Source of the DNA: a bacterium | GTDB lineage: Bacteria > Patescibacteriota > Dojkabacteria > SC72 | Length of the DNA: 64,000 nucleotides | NCBI GenBank assembly: GCA_021108295.1 | Contig: JAIORF010000102.1 | Span: forward strand, 295,963-359,962 | Direction: 5' to 3' | Part shown: positions 1 to 10,463 of the stretch, piece after piece | Position numbering within the stretch: position 1 is the stretch's first letter | Layout: the number at the start of each line of letters is the position of its first letter | Translations under genes and position numbers: made by a program | The notes under the pieces: model-generated | Seen by the model: the letters and a program-made list of their open reading frames with translations, nothing else | Database searches by the model: none | What the model was told of the DNA's origin: nothing

Positions 1-3000
1 AAAGCCATCATAGCACCCTTCTTGGTAGATATCCTTCTCACCTTGTTTATCAAAACTCCTAGTACAACCATTGTGCTATCTTTCTTCTCTAATGCCAAGT
101 CTATACTTATTACTCCCTTACTCTCAAAAAATTCTTGTAAATTATCCAATGGGTGGCTGGAGAAGTATAGGCCAAGTAATTCTTTCTCCCATTGTAATAT
201 TTGAATAACTGAGGTCTTTTCAACTTGAGGTAGAGGAGTAGCTTGTATTATCCTCCTCTTTGCTTCCTTGTGATTATCTCCCACACTAAAGATATCCATT
301 TGTCCTGCACTAAAGATTTTGCTCTCTTTCTTTGCATTCTCGTAGACACTTTCCAGAAGGAGTATAAGGGCTCCTCTATCACCAAATTCATCAAGTGCTC
401 CTGCTTTAATTAGATACTCTACTGCTTTTTTAGATAACTTCTTGTCGATTAGACGATATATTAAATCATTTAAACTGGTATACTCTCCACCTTCTTCTCT
501 CTCCTTTACAATATCTTTTATCACATCTTCCCCTACATTCTTCACTGCACCTAGACCAAATCTAATATCTTTATCATCTTCTATACTGAAGTAGAAGTTA
601 CTTTTGTTAATGGTTGGGGAAAGGACATCAATACCTAGTCTTTCACACTCTTTAAGATCTATAATTATTCTCTCGAAGTTATCCAAGTCCCCCTCTAGAA
701 GTGCTGCCATGAATTCTAATGGATAGTGTGCTTTAAGATATGCTGTCCAGTAGGAAATAGTGGCGTAAGATGCACTATGTGCTTTGTTAAAACCGTAATT
801 GGCAAACTGCAAGAGTTTTACCCACAACCGTTCTACTTCTGCCATATCATAGCCTTGTTTTTTTGCACCTTTCATAAAGACAGGCTTCTCTGCTTCCATG
901 ACATCGATTAATTTTTTACCCATAGCTCTTCGTAGAATGTCAGCACCTCCTAAGGTGTAGCCCCCAACGATTTGAGCAATCTTCATAACCTGTTCTTGGT
1001 ATGTGATAACTCCATTGGTAATTTTTAGTACATCTTCTAACTCTTTAAACACATAGTCTGGATTCTGTTTCCCTTCTTTAACTGCTACATATTCTGAGAT
1101 ATATTTCATGGGTCCGGGACGATATGCTGCTAGGATGTAGCACAGATCTTCTTGAGTTGTAGGTTTAAGCGCTTTTATTGTACGCCTCATACCAGAGCTT
1201 TCCATTTGAAAAACTCCTACCGTATGGCCTTTTCTAATTATCTGAAACGTTTTCTTGTCGTGTGGATCTAGTTCTCCCAAGACAATTTTTTCCTTACGAT
1301 TAGCTTCTACCTTTTTGATAGCAGCTCCAATTACATTAAGATTACGTAATCCGAGGAAGTCAAACTTCATTAATCCTATTGATTCAATATCCTTCATCTC
1401 AAATTGAGTCATACCAATACCTCCACCATGGGCATCCCTTTGAATTGGACAGTACTCGATTACGGGGGATGGGGTTATGATAATGCCACAAGCGTGTGTA
1501 CCTACATTCCTGTGTATTCCTGTAACTTTTCTTACAATCTCTGCAAGTCTCTCTGTATCAGGAGATGTGTGAATGATTTCTGCAAATTCGGAGTTGTTCT
1601 CAATCATGTAATCTATGCCCTTTGCTTTGCCAAAGACTATCTCTACCATCTTGGACAGTTGGTCGGCCACACTTAGGTCAATTCCAATTACACGAGCTAC
1701 ATCACGAATAGCTTGTCTGGTTTGTAACTTACCAAACGTTATTATCTGCTTTACATTCTCTTCACCATATCTGTCTATGGTGTATTTTATAAGTTGGTCT
1801 CTCCCTTTATCTGCAATATCAATATCAAAATCGGGTGGAGAGTTTCTCTCCGGATTAAGGAATCTTTCAAAGTAGAGTTCCCAACCAATCGGTTCAATAT
1901 CAGTTATTTCAACACAATATGCAACCACAGAACCACAACCAGAGCCTCTCATACCTACGACAATATCATGGTCACGACAAAACATTACAAAATCTCTAAC
2001 TACTAAGAAGTAGTCGTTGTATTTCTTACTGTTAATAATTTCTAATTCATACTCTATACGCTCCTTCAAATCTTTTGTTAACTTCCCATATTTTTTCTTT
2101 GCCCCCTCAAGTGTTAACTTTTTAAGATGTGACTTAGCCGTCTGCCCTTTAGGGAGATCTAGGGTGTGTGGCTCTACTCTATCCCATGTAATATCGTAGT
2201 TCTCTATACTATCTACAATCTTTTGAGTATTCTCAATTGCCTCTGGAAGGTCTTTGAACAGCTCTTCCATTTCTTCTGGAGTCTTGACATAAAATTCATT
2301 AGTAGGCATTACACGTCTATTGGGATCGTCCCATGTTTTACCATCGTTAATACACCAAAGGATTTCTTGTATCTCTGCATCTTCTCTATTGATGTAGTGG
2401 CTATCACATGTAGCTACTATTGGTAATTTCAACTCATCTGCTATCTTAAGTAACCCTTTGTTTACAGCCTTTTGTTCCTCCATTCCATTGCGTTGAACTT
2501 CAATGTAGAAGTTGTCCTTAAAGACTTTGGCATATTTCTTTGCAGTACTAAGTGCTTCTTTTGGTTGATTATTAAGCAGGGGTCTTGATATTGGACCTGC
2601 TAGACATGCTGAGAGTGCTATTATCCCCTCTGAGTATTTAGAAAGTGTCTTGAGATCAATACGTGGTTTGTAGTAGAACCCTTCCATATGTGCAACAGAT
2701 ACAATTTTTACCAAGTTTTTGTATCCCTTTAAGTTCTTGGCTAGGAGTACTAAATGGAAATATTTATTATCTATCCCATACTCCTTCTCTTCCATACTTC
2801 GTGGTGCGACATATATTTCACAACCGAGTATTGGTTTGAGACCTGCTTTTTCCATATAGCTTTTGAATTTGTATGCACCATACATATTCCCATGGTCTGT
2901 AATCGCACAGGAAGACATATTACTTTTTTTGAGTTTTTCTATCAGGTCATCAATTTTTGTAGTAGCATCTAGTAGTGAGAATTCTGTATGAAGATGTAGA

Positions 3001-3011
3001 TGTGTAAACAT
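1..3011 (-). CDS. dnaE: DNA polymerase III alpha subunit (partial; C-terminus runs off window start)
   Basis: Minus-strand translation from the ATG at 3009-3011 gives MFTHLHLHTEFSLLDAT..., the PHP-domain N-terminus of DnaE. The frame stays open to position 1. The ORF track omits it because it is truncated at the window edge. Confidence 0.9.
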   Translation of the reverse strand, partial: MFTHLHLHTEFSLLDATTKIDDLIEKLKKSNMSSCAITDHGNMYGAYKFKSYMEKAGLKPILGCEIYVAPRSMEEKEYGIDNKYFHLVLLAKNLKGYKNLVKIVSVAHMEGFYYKPRIDLKTLSKYSEGIIALSACLAGPISRPLLNNQPKEALSTAKKYAKVFKDNFYIEVQRNGMEEQKAVNKGLLKIADELKLPIVATCDSHYINREDAEIQEILWCINDGKTWDDPNRRVMPTNEFYVKTPEEMEELFKDLPEAIENTQKIVDSIENYDITWDRVEPHTLDLPKGQTAKSHLKKLTLEGAKKKYGKLTKDLKERIEYELEIINSKKYNDYFLVVRDFVMFCRDHDIVVGMRGSGCGSVVAYCVEITDIEPIGWELYFERFLNPERNSPPDFDIDIADKGRDQLIKYTIDRYGEENVKQIITFGKLQTRQAIRDVARVIGIDLSVADQLSKMVEIVFGKAKGIDYMIENNSEFAEIIHTSPDTERLAEIVRKVTGIHRNVGTHACGIIITPSPVIEYCPIQRDAHGGGIGMTQFEMKDIESIGLMKFDFLGLRNLNVIGAAIKKVEANRKEKIVLGELDPHDKKTFQIIRKGHTVGVFQMESSGMRRTIKALKPTTQEDLCYILAAYRPGPMKYISEYVAVKEGKQNPDYVFKELEDVLKITNGVITYQEQVMKIAQIVGGYTLGGADILRRAMGKKLIDVMEAEKPVFMKGAKKQGYDMAEVERLWVKLLQFANYGFNKAHSASYATISYWTAYLKAHYPLEFMAALLEGDLDNFERIIIDLKECERLGIDVLSPTINKSNFYFSIEDDKDIRFGLGAVKNVGEDVIKDIVKEREEGGEYTSLNDLIYRLIDKKLSKKAVEYLIKAGALDEFGDRGALILLLESVYENAKKESKIFSAGQMDIFSVGDNHKEAKRRIIQATPLPQVEKTSVIQILQWEKELLGLYFSSHPLDNLQEFFESKGVISIDLALEKKDSTMVVLGVLINKVRRISTKKGAMMA

Positions 3012-3048
3012 GATTTTGTTACATAGATTATTTCTGTTATACTAAATT

Positions 3049-3774
3049 ATGCCAAACACTGTCCAAAAATTACAGCCATATGTTAAAAGTGTGAGTAGTA
3101 AGCCTCAGAGAAATTGGAAGTTTTTTCTCGTACCACTATTATTGGTAGGATATATGTTCTTTCTTTCTCCGATGGTGGAACCTACTGTTAAGGATTTTCT
3201 GTTCGCTGCTATTCGAAGTAGTAAGACCGAAAGGTTTAACTTCTTGACACCAGTATATGCCACTTCCAATATTGGACAAACCTATGCTCTCTCCGTTATT
3301 GGTGATGAAAACCCACTGGATATGGTAAGTTCTAAAACTAGATATTATGTAAAAGATCCTAGGGTATTGGCTATGTCAGAGTTTCTGGGAGACTACAACT
3401 CTCCTATGCAACCCTATGCACAGGTATTCATTGTAGAGGCTGATAGATATGGATTAGACTGGAGACTGGTTGCAAGTATTTCTGGAGTAGAGTCTGCTTT
3501 TGGCAATCTTATACCTCATACAGGATATAATAATGGTTGGGGATGGAGAGGAGGCCCTGGTGGTGCTTACAGTGTATTTGAGGACTTTGGTAAAGGTATC
3601 GAGCATGTCACAGAACGTCTAGCTCTTGGATATGGTATAACGCTTACTCCTTTTGATATTGAGCCCACATACTGTCCCCCATGTGCTAACAACCCAAGTC
3701 ACTTGTGGGCAAATGGTGTAGTTCGTTATATGAGTGAATTAAACTACTATTTAAATAATTTAGAGAATATTTAG
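3049..3774 (+). CDS. membrane-anchored lysozyme-like (SLT/glucosaminidase-type) peptidoglycan hydrolase-like protein
   Basis: N-terminal TM helix. Motif RLVASISGVESAFGN...NNGWGW...YCPP resembles the catalytic Glu-Ser region of SLT/glucosaminidase folds. A paralog lies at 56271-56882. Confidence 0.4.
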   Translation: MPNTVQKLQPYVKSVSSKPQRNWKFFLVPLLLVGYMFFLSPMVEPTVKDFLFAAIRSSKTERFNFLTPVYATSNIGQTYALSVIGDENPLDMVSSKTRYYVKDPRVLAMSEFLGDYNSPMQPYAQVFIVEADRYGLDWRLVASISGVESAFGNLIPHTGYNNGWGWRGGPGGAYSVFEDFGKGIEHVTERLALGYGITLTPFDIEPTYCPPCANNPSHLWANGVVRYMSELNYYLNNLENI

Positions 3775-3776
3775 TT

Positions 3777-4064
3777 ATGATTAAATTAGTACTGCAGATA
3801 GCGTTTATTGTCGATACTCTTATTGAAGCGCTTATTATAGTCAGGGTTTTACTATCCATATTCTCTGCAAATCTCTCTAATATGTATGTAGCATGGGTTT
3901 TCTCTGCCTCCGACATATGCATCTCTCCATTTACTGGCATTACAGCGGATACCCTAGTTATTGACAACTTCCAAATCTCTATTACTCCAGTAGTTGCACT
4001 TGTTTTCTTTGCAATTGTAGGTTTTGTTCTCTCAGAGTTACTAAAAGCTTTTAGACACGACTAA
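3777..4064 (+). CDS. YggT-family small membrane protein (putative)
   Basis: 95 aa with two TM segments. Spacing of conserved hydrophobic/Pro positions is YggT-like (…LLSIF…ISPFTGITADTL…ISITPVVALVFF). Confidence 0.4.
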   Translation: MIKLVLQIAFIVDTLIEALIIVRVLLSIFSANLSNMYVAWVFSASDICISPFTGITADTLVIDNFQISITPVVALVFFAIVGFVLSELLKAFRHD

Positions 4065-4103
4065 AACGGGCTTTTTTAACGAAAATGTGGTATAATACGC
4101 CAT

Positions 4104-4841
4104 ATGGCCAAAACGAACTTAAAACAAAGTAGTGGTCTGCCCTTTTTTTTTAATGGTGAAACTATTCTCTCTGAAGAATTTCATCCAAAAGAAACCTCCA
4201 CTATACATATTGAAGATATTAAGCCTCAGCTTCTTAATCTTGATTTAGATTGTCCAGAAACCTTTTACACCAAATACAAGGATTTTGATAATCAGGCTCA
4301 AGATCTTAAAAATGCCGATCTCCGTGTAAATATGTACTTAATGAAACCTAATTTAGCAGGTATTGAGTTTACTAAATCCAAAGCTACAAAATGTAGTAGT
4401 TTTCCAAGACTCTTTGAAATTGTCTATGGTGGTGGGAATGTGTTACTTCAAAAATATACAGGTCCAATTCAGAACAAAGTGTATAGGCTTCAGGTGAAAA
4501 AAGGTAGTAAGTTCATTGTACCCCCAGGATATTCCATTTGTTTGATTAATACTAGACAAGCTTCTACATTAATCGCTATAGAGATATCCTGTAGAAAAGC
4601 TAGAACTCGCGTAGCGCTTGAAGATAAGCGTGGCATGTCCTATTATATTATTAGGAAGAACGCTAAAGTAGAAATAGTTAGAAATCCTGCCTACAAAATT
4701 ATTAACGATATTGAGGAAATTAATATTAACAAGGTTCTTAAAAGTTGGAATATTACTGCAAAGACACCGATACTTAAACAAATATTAAGAAACCATGAAA
4801 AGTTTGATTGGATATTTAAGAAAAGCGATATGGATTTCTAG
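4104..4841 (+). CDS. hypothetical protein, cupin-like (resembles cupin-type glucose-6-phosphate isomerase but lacks the metal-binding His)
   Basis: Segment VYGGGNVLLQ...FIVPPGYSICLINT...LIAIEI parallels cupin-PGI KGKGGMLLQ...VYVPPYWAHRTVN...FLAIYP. The HxH...E...H ligands are replaced. Confidence 0.3.
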   Translation: MAKTNLKQSSGLPFFFNGETILSEEFHPKETSTIHIEDIKPQLLNLDLDCPETFYTKYKDFDNQAQDLKNADLRVNMYLMKPNLAGIEFTKSKATKCSSFPRLFEIVYGGGNVLLQKYTGPIQNKVYRLQVKKGSKFIVPPGYSICLINTRQASTLIAIEISCRKARTRVALEDKRGMSYYIIRKNAKVEIVRNPAYKIINDIEEININKVLKSWNITAKTPILKQILRNHEKFDWIFKKSDMDF

Positions 4842-6639
4842 CTTCCTCTTTCTCTTTGTTTCACTCAATTCCAACTCCGTATTAGCACAAACAGGTATTT
4901 CAACAAGTTCCACATTCTCTCACACTGTTAAAACCAATGGATATGTAGATACAACTACCACACTCACTATCACATCTGATGAGAGAGTAGTTTTAACCTA
5001 CTACACTATCACCCTCTTACAAGACAATATTGAACCAAAGGTGTTTTCAATTACAGAAAACAAATCTTTGGAAGCAACTGTATATGACAGGAATAGTGCA
5101 ACAGATATACTGATCGATTTAGACAATGCAATTGTATCTCCAGATTCTCCACAAAAGATTCGTATCACATACTCCTATCCATACGACGACACAAATATTC
5201 TAAGTTTAAAATCTAAAGTTGCAGACACCAACACTTCAGAAGTCTCCATTACATACCCAAAGAGTCTTGGAGAAATAGAGTGGATATCTGATCAAGCTGA
5301 AAGTATCAAACAGGATAATACACATTACATACTCAATATCCAATCCCCAGATTCCTCAACTATCAAACTCATTTTCAACCAAGGGATTGTGTATAGGTTT
5401 GATATATCTAAATCCTTTAACAACCAAGGAGACTCTGCGACACAATATGAGCTTCTCATACCCCAAGACTCTCAATTTCAGAAAATTATAATTGAAGAAA
5501 TGAGTGTACAACCCACCCAAGTTATACAAGACAACAATTTTAATTACCTCCTTGTATTCACAGTAGATGCTCAGACTCAGATGGATGTAAAAATCTCAGG
5601 CTATGTGATAATGGAGCATCATAATTACTACCCTACACCTGATAGTGTGTACTACGACAGTACCAGTATATATTGGAGTTTAGAAAACAAACAGATTGAG
5701 AAGGTAGAACAATATCTTAAAGAGAACGGTATTGCAACAGATTCGGTAAAGAAAGATACCCTCATCAAATATCTTTACCGCTATACAATTGAAACACTCA
5801 CTCCATCTACACACTCCACATCACTCTCAGGAGGGATAAGGAAGGGAAGTGTTGAGATATTAAAGAACCCCATTAACTGCACTCCAGAAGACTACACAGA
5901 TATACTGAAGTCCCTTTTTGATTACTACCAAATACCAAGTATATACACCATAGGATACGTCTCTGACATATCAAGCTATCAAGAAGATGGAATGTTTCAC
6001 TACTGGGTACAATCATTTGATGGAAATCAATGGTTAACTCTAGACCCATACCTCGAGGACTACTCCAAAGTTTCTCTCTTTGGTAGAGAACACTCCGATC
6101 ACATTTCAATTCTTAATCGAATATATGAACCTATCTCCCCTACACTTCCCTACTACTCTGACAATGACATTCGTTTTGAGTATGTAAATGATAGCGATGT
6201 AGTCTACTCCCCACAAAGCAATCTATCGATTAATCTAGAACCCTACTCAATATTAAACAAATATATACATGGGAGTATCTTTATAGAAAATGTAGGGAAC
6301 ACTATACTAACAGGTATAGACTTCACAGACTCTACTCCTGATATAAATCAATATATTGACTATGTAAGTAACTCTACAAGTTCCATACTACTTCCACATA
6401 TGCAAAAATATATTAACTTTCATATTCCATTCGAAGATTTAGAACAATCTTTCATCTTCACAACTGCAAACGTCAAGAATGGAGAAGAAACAATTCAATC
6501 CGAACTCCTATCTACAAACTATTCAATTACTCAGCATACTGGTTATGAAATCCTAATTCAGGTAATCTCTGCACTCTCCTTCCTTACATTCCTCGGTGCT
6601 GTATATCTTTTTCTAAATAAAGTAGTATATAAGAGATGA
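4795..6639 (+). CDS. secreted/surface protein with transglutaminase-like (Cys-His-Asp) domain and C-terminal TM anchor
   Basis: Signal peptide MKSLIGYLRKAIWISSFLFLFVSLNSNSVLA. Motif NCTPEDYTD...GMFHYWVQSFDGNQWLTLDPY fits the transglutaminase-like core C...H...D. C-terminal hydrophobic helix. Confidence 0.5.
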   Translation: MKSLIGYLRKAIWISSFLFLFVSLNSNSVLAQTGISTSSTFSHTVKTNGYVDTTTTLTITSDERVVLTYYTITLLQDNIEPKVFSITENKSLEATVYDRNSATDILIDLDNAIVSPDSPQKIRITYSYPYDDTNILSLKSKVADTNTSEVSITYPKSLGEIEWISDQAESIKQDNTHYILNIQSPDSSTIKLIFNQGIVYRFDISKSFNNQGDSATQYELLIPQDSQFQKIIIEEMSVQPTQVIQDNNFNYLLVFTVDAQTQMDVKISGYVIMEHHNYYPTPDSVYYDSTSIYWSLENKQIEKVEQYLKENGIATDSVKKDTLIKYLYRYTIETLTPSTHSTSLSGGIRKGSVEILKNPINCTPEDYTDILKSLFDYYQIPSIYTIGYVSDISSYQEDGMFHYWVQSFDGNQWLTLDPYLEDYSKVSLFGREHSDHISILNRIYEPISPTLPYYSDNDIRFEYVNDSDVVYSPQSNLSINLEPYSILNKYIHGSIFIENVGNTILTGIDFTDSTPDINQYIDYVSNSTSSILLPHMQKYINFHIPFEDLEQSFIFTTANVKNGEETIQSELLSTNYSITQHTGYEILIQVISALSFLTFLGAVYLFLNKVVYKR

Positions 6640-7052
6640 ATGACCCATTAATCTCCACAATTATTGTCCTCAGTATGATTGCCCTACTCATACTTCTTTC
6701 TAGATTGAACAGTTCTAAGAGTCTAACTAGAAGAAAGTCCACTATCTTAAAGAATCTAGCAGAACTTCAACCACATATTGAAAGCGAGAATGACTACGAG
6801 AGAAAGGATGCGATAATTAGACTTGATAATATGCTCGCGAAAGCTTTCAATTATAAATATAGAAATTCCAATAGCTGTGGCTACAATCTTAAAAAAGCAA
6901 ATAAGCTATTCAGAAAAGATACCTACCAAAAGCTTTGGGATGTACATAAATTAAGGAATAATATAGTACATAAGGATCAACTAGTTACACTAAATGAGTC
7001 TAAGAAGGCATACCATATATATAAACTCTGCATAAGAAAAATACTTAAATGA
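6636..7052 (+). CDS. hypothetical membrane-anchored protein
   Basis: 4-nt overlap (ATGA) with the upstream gene. N-terminal TM helix. No recognisable domain. Confidence 0.4.
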   Translation: MNDPLISTIIVLSMIALLILLSRLNSSKSLTRRKSTILKNLAELQPHIESENDYERKDAIIRLDNMLAKAFNYKYRNSNSCGYNLKKANKLFRKDTYQKLWDVHKLRNNIVHKDQLVTLNESKKAYHIYKLCIRKILK

Positions 7053-7612
7053 AAAAACTCTCTACAATATTACTCTCAGTTCTACTACTTACTACTTTCT
7101 TAAGTGGTACATATGCAGAGGAGGACAACCTAACAACAGATACAAAATACTTCGATATTACAATGGAAAGAACAGGACAATCTGCTTGGAACAAAGCTGT
7201 AACATATGTAATTACTGTTACTCCTAAGACAGATTCTCCCAAGACACAGATCCTTTGGAATGCTCCAACACTGATTGAGATAACTCCAAAGCATGACGAG
7301 TTTGTAGATCTCTATATGGGACAAACATACTCCTTCGAGGCAACACTCATACCAAAACGAGAGGGTAGTTATTCCATTAGTGTAAACTTAATAGCTTGGC
7401 AGCACGATACAAACTACACCAATAGTGTGAGTGATCTTATCACTTTTGATGACAGCCTAATTGCTCAACCAGTAGATCCTGGCTATACTTTTGGAAATAT
7501 TGCAAAAATCTTAATTTTCACACTACTCGCAGGGCTAGGTACTTGGGGTATAGTCATACTGCTTAAGAAGGGTCTCAAGGCTCTAACTAAATGGTTAACA
7601 CCTCCTAGTTAG
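7049..7612 (+). CDS. hypothetical secreted protein with C-terminal membrane anchor
   Basis: 4-nt overlap with the upstream gene. Signal peptide MKKLSTILLSVLLLTTFLSGTYA. C-terminal TM ...FTLLAGLGTWGIVILLKK. Confidence 0.4.
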   Translation: MKKLSTILLSVLLLTTFLSGTYAEEDNLTTDTKYFDITMERTGQSAWNKAVTYVITVTPKTDSPKTQILWNAPTLIEITPKHDEFVDLYMGQTYSFEATLIPKREGSYSISVNLIAWQHDTNYTNSVSDLITFDDSLIAQPVDPGYTFGNIAKILIFTLLAGLGTWGIVILLKKGLKALTKWLTPPS

Positions 7613-8183
7613 GTTTGAGTATTCTATATACTTTATCAATCAATGTCTCTTTAGATTCACTCTTAGGAGATGATATTGTTGTGTAGTGATTGTTCTCTAT
7701 CTGTTGTGGAGTACTGTCATGGGAAAGATGATTAACATTATCCCTACTGTTTTCTGTCAACCCTTTTATATAGCTTAATGCATTAGAGTGTGTAAAATTG
7801 TAAGGATCTCCTTTCTCCTGTCTTAATATGGCGATTTCCCTATTCTTCTCATCCAAAAGATTTTTAAGATAGAGTTCTTCTTGCCCACTATCTTCCATAT
7901 CTTGCTTAAGTTTAAACATTTTGTGTTCAGCATCTTTTGTTCTTGCTTCTAACTTGGGAAATTCCTTAACACTTTTCATTGCTTCTTTATGTTCTTCACC
8001 ATTAAGAAGTTTCTCCATTATCTCTTCTCTAGTTTGCATACCGTATTTATAAAGGGAAAGTTCTCTAGAACTTGGTTCTCTATTCATAACCAATTTAAAA
8101 ACTTCCTTAATCATAGCTATACGCTCCTTAGGGGAAGGTTGATCTTTACTAACACTATCCATTTTGAAGTCTGATAATTTCAT
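7605..8183 (-). CDS. hypothetical coiled-coil protein
   Basis: 192-aa ORF rich in charged and coiled-coil residues. No recognisable catalytic motif. Confidence 0.35.
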   Translation of the reverse strand: MKLSDFKMDSVSKDQPSPKERIAMIKEVFKLVMNREPSSRELSLYKYGMQTREEIMEKLLNGEEHKEAMKSVKEFPKLEARTKDAEHKMFKLKQDMEDSGQEELYLKNLLDEKNREIAILRQEKGDPYNFTHSNALSYIKGLTENSRDNVNHLSHDSTPQQIENNHYTTISSPKSESKETLIDKVYRILKPN

Positions 8184-8239
8184 AGGTGATTATATCATGA
8201 GAACAAGAGAAACACCTATAGTAAGTTTGTCCTGAGCTT

Positions 8240-8316
8240 TGGAGCGAGAGACGGGACTCGAACCCGCAACCCTCTGTTTGGAAAACAGATATTCTAACCA
8301 ATTGAACTACTCTCGC
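8240..8316 (-). tRNA. tRNA-Gly (anticodon UCC)
   Basis: Cloverleaf GCGAGAG-TA-GTTC...GAAT-A-TCTGT-TTTCCAA-ACAGA-...-GCGGG-TTCGAGT-CCCGT-CTCTCGC-T-CCA. CCA is encoded. Confidence 0.85.
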
Positions 8317-8340
8317 AGTTACTCAAATATATAATATGAG

Positions 8341-8829
8341 CTACTTAGACACAACCTTTTCCTTCTTTACCTCTTTTTTAACCTTTTTCTTAATCTCCTT
8401 CTTCACCTCTTTCTTCACCTCTTTCTTAATCTCCTTCTTCGCCTCTTTTTTAACCTCTTTCTTCTCATCGGTAAGATAAATGTCTGTAGTTGTACCAACC
8501 TTTAGAGCCTTCTTACCTACCCTATTTCTAAGATAATAAAGCTTAGACCTTCTTACACTACCCCTCTTAACCACTTCTACCTTCTCTAAGTTTGGTGTGT
8601 GAAAAGGAACAATCTTTTCTACACCTACACTGTAAGAAATCTTCCTTACTGTCATATTCTTGTTTATACCACTCCCTTTAATAGCGATTACAACCCCTTC
8701 AAAGATTTGTACTCTCTCCTTGCTTCCCTCTCTAATCTTCATATGTAACTTAACAGTATCCCCAACTCTAACATCAGGTCTCTTCTTGTATTGGCTTTCC
8801 TCAACACTTTTTAACATTGTACTATCCAT
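8341..8829 (-). CDS. rplS: 50S ribosomal protein L19 with Lys/Glu-rich C-terminal repeat extension
   Basis: L19 core ...[33 protein letters not shown]...[26 protein letters not shown]. Tail is (KKEVKKE)n. Confidence 0.9.
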   Translation of the reverse strand: MDSTMLKSVEESQYKKRPDVRVGDTVKLHMKIREGSKERVQIFEGVVIAIKGSGINKNMTVRKISYSVGVEKIVPFHTPNLEKVEVVKRGSVRRSKLYYLRNRVGKKALKVGTTTDIYLTDEKKEVKKEAKKEIKKEVKKEVKKEIKKKVKKEVKKEKVVSK

Positions 8830-8924
8830 TTTTCTTCTCTACTTATTTAATATAAATCAAGTGAAATTTGTCACTTAGCGGTGTAATTATAGAATAAAAT
8901 TGGGAAATATGCCACAATATACAT

Positions 8925-10463
8925 ATGATTGCAAAACAAAAAGTACTCCTCATCGTCCTAGACGGACTTGGAGTTGCACCAAAAAGTAAAGGAAATGCTG
9001 TTGTACTGGCCAATCCTTCCAACCTCTCCTCCCTTTGGAATACCAACCCACACACATACCTCCTCGCCTCTGGAGAAGCCGTAGGACTACCAAAAAATGT
9101 AAAAGGAAACAGTGAGGTAGGACACCAGAACATTGGATCAGGACAAATTGTTAACCAACACTTACCAAGAATTAATAAAGCAATTAAAACAGGATCCTTT
9201 TTCCAATGCCGTGCCTTAAACAAAGGTGTTAAACACGCACTACAAAACAAAGGAGACATCCATATTCTAGGACTATTAAGTGATGGAGCTGTACACAGCC
9301 ATATTAACCACTTCATCTCTACACTAAAGTTTTTCGCACAAATCAATTTCAAAAACAAAGTTTACTTCCATGTATTCACAGATGGTAGAGATACGCCTAC
9401 TGAAAAAGCCATAGAGTTTTTAGATAAACTACAGTTCCATATCAACAAGAACGGAGTGGGTGAGATAGCGACAATATGTGGGAGAAGATATGGTATGGAT
9501 AGGAATAGGGCTTGGGATAGAACTAAACTAGCTTACGATTTAATAACTAATAGTATTGGTGCAAAATTCGATAACTACAAAGAGGCTGTAGAAGCTTCCT
9601 ACATACAGGGCTTCTCTGACGAATTTATAAAACCAAGTGTAATTGTACAAACGAAGATTAAACCAGGAGACTCCATCCTCCATATGAATTTTAGATCAGA
9701 TAGAGCACTTCAACTTTCAAAAGCGTTTACTGATCCAAAGTTAGACACATTTCAAAAAGAACATATTCCAGGCCTTTTCTTTGCAGCAATGGTGGAGTAC
9801 AGAAAGAACTTCCCAAAGAACATCTTAGTACCAAGACAATATATAACTTTACCACTGGGGAGAATTCTCAGTGGGTATGGTTTAAAACAATTACGTATAT
9901 CTGAATCCGAAAAATTCCCTCATGTGACATACTTCTTTAACGGAGGAGTCTCTGTACGATATGAGGGTGAAGATAGGATTGAAGTCCCATCTCCCGATGT
10001 AGCTCTCTACGACGAAGTACCAGAGATGTCTGCAGATGAAATGACTGACATATTAATAAGTAGAATAAACTCAAACCTCTACGATTTCATACTAGTCAAC
10101 TTCCCTAATCCTGACATGGTAGCCCATACAGGGAATATAGAAGCCTCTATAAAAGCTGTACAAGCCGTAGACCATTACGCTACCAGCTTGATAAAAACAT
10201 TCACTAGCAAAGGAGGGTGTGTAATCATCACTGCAGACCATGGGAATGCAGAAGAACTCCTAAACCTTGATACTGGAGCAATGGATACTGAACACTCCCT
10301 TAACCCTGTACCATTCATTCTAATCGGTACCACAATCAATCCTCATGTACTACCATATGGATCACTTAGAGATATTTCTCCAACAATCTTACAACTCATG
10401 GGAATAGCACAACCAATAGAAATGACAGGAAGCAGTCTAATACGAAACTTTAGCACATTCTAA
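8925..10463 (+). CDS. gpmI: 2,3-bisphosphoglycerate-independent phosphoglycerate mutase (copy 1)
   Basis: Full-length iPGM motifs LIVLDGLG, GNSEVGHQNIGSGQIV, TDGRDTPT, ADHGNAE. Confidence 0.9.
   Translation: MIAKQKVLLIVLDGLGVAPKSKGNAVVLANPSNLSSLWNTNPHTYLLASGEAVGLPKNVKGNSEVGHQNIGSGQIVNQHLPRINKAIKTGSFFQCRALNKGVKHALQNKGDIHILGLLSDGAVHSHINHFISTLKFFAQINFKNKVYFHVFTDGRDTPTEKAIEFLDKLQFHINKNGVGEIATICGRRYGMDRNRAWDRTKLAYDLITNSIGAKFDNYKEAVEASYIQGFSDEFIKPSVIVQTKIKPGDSILHMNFRSDRALQLSKAFTDPKLDTFQKEHIPGLFFAAMVEYRKNFPKNILVPRQYITLPLGRILSGYGLKQLRISESEKFPHVTYFFNGGVSVRYEGEDRIEVPSPDVALYDEVPEMSADEMTDILISRINSNLYDFILVNFPNPDMVAHTGNIEASIKAVQAVDHYATSLIKTFTSKGGCVIITADHGNAEELLNLDTGAMDTEHSLNPVPFILIGTTINPHVLPYGSLRDISPTILQLMGIAQPIEMTGSSLIRNFSTF

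Noticed and set aside
8344-8470. Short direct repeats that might suggest a CRISPR-like array
   Set aside because: The period is 21 nt with no spacers, and the repeats encode the KKEVKKE tail of L19. This is a coding low-complexity repeat, not CRISPR.
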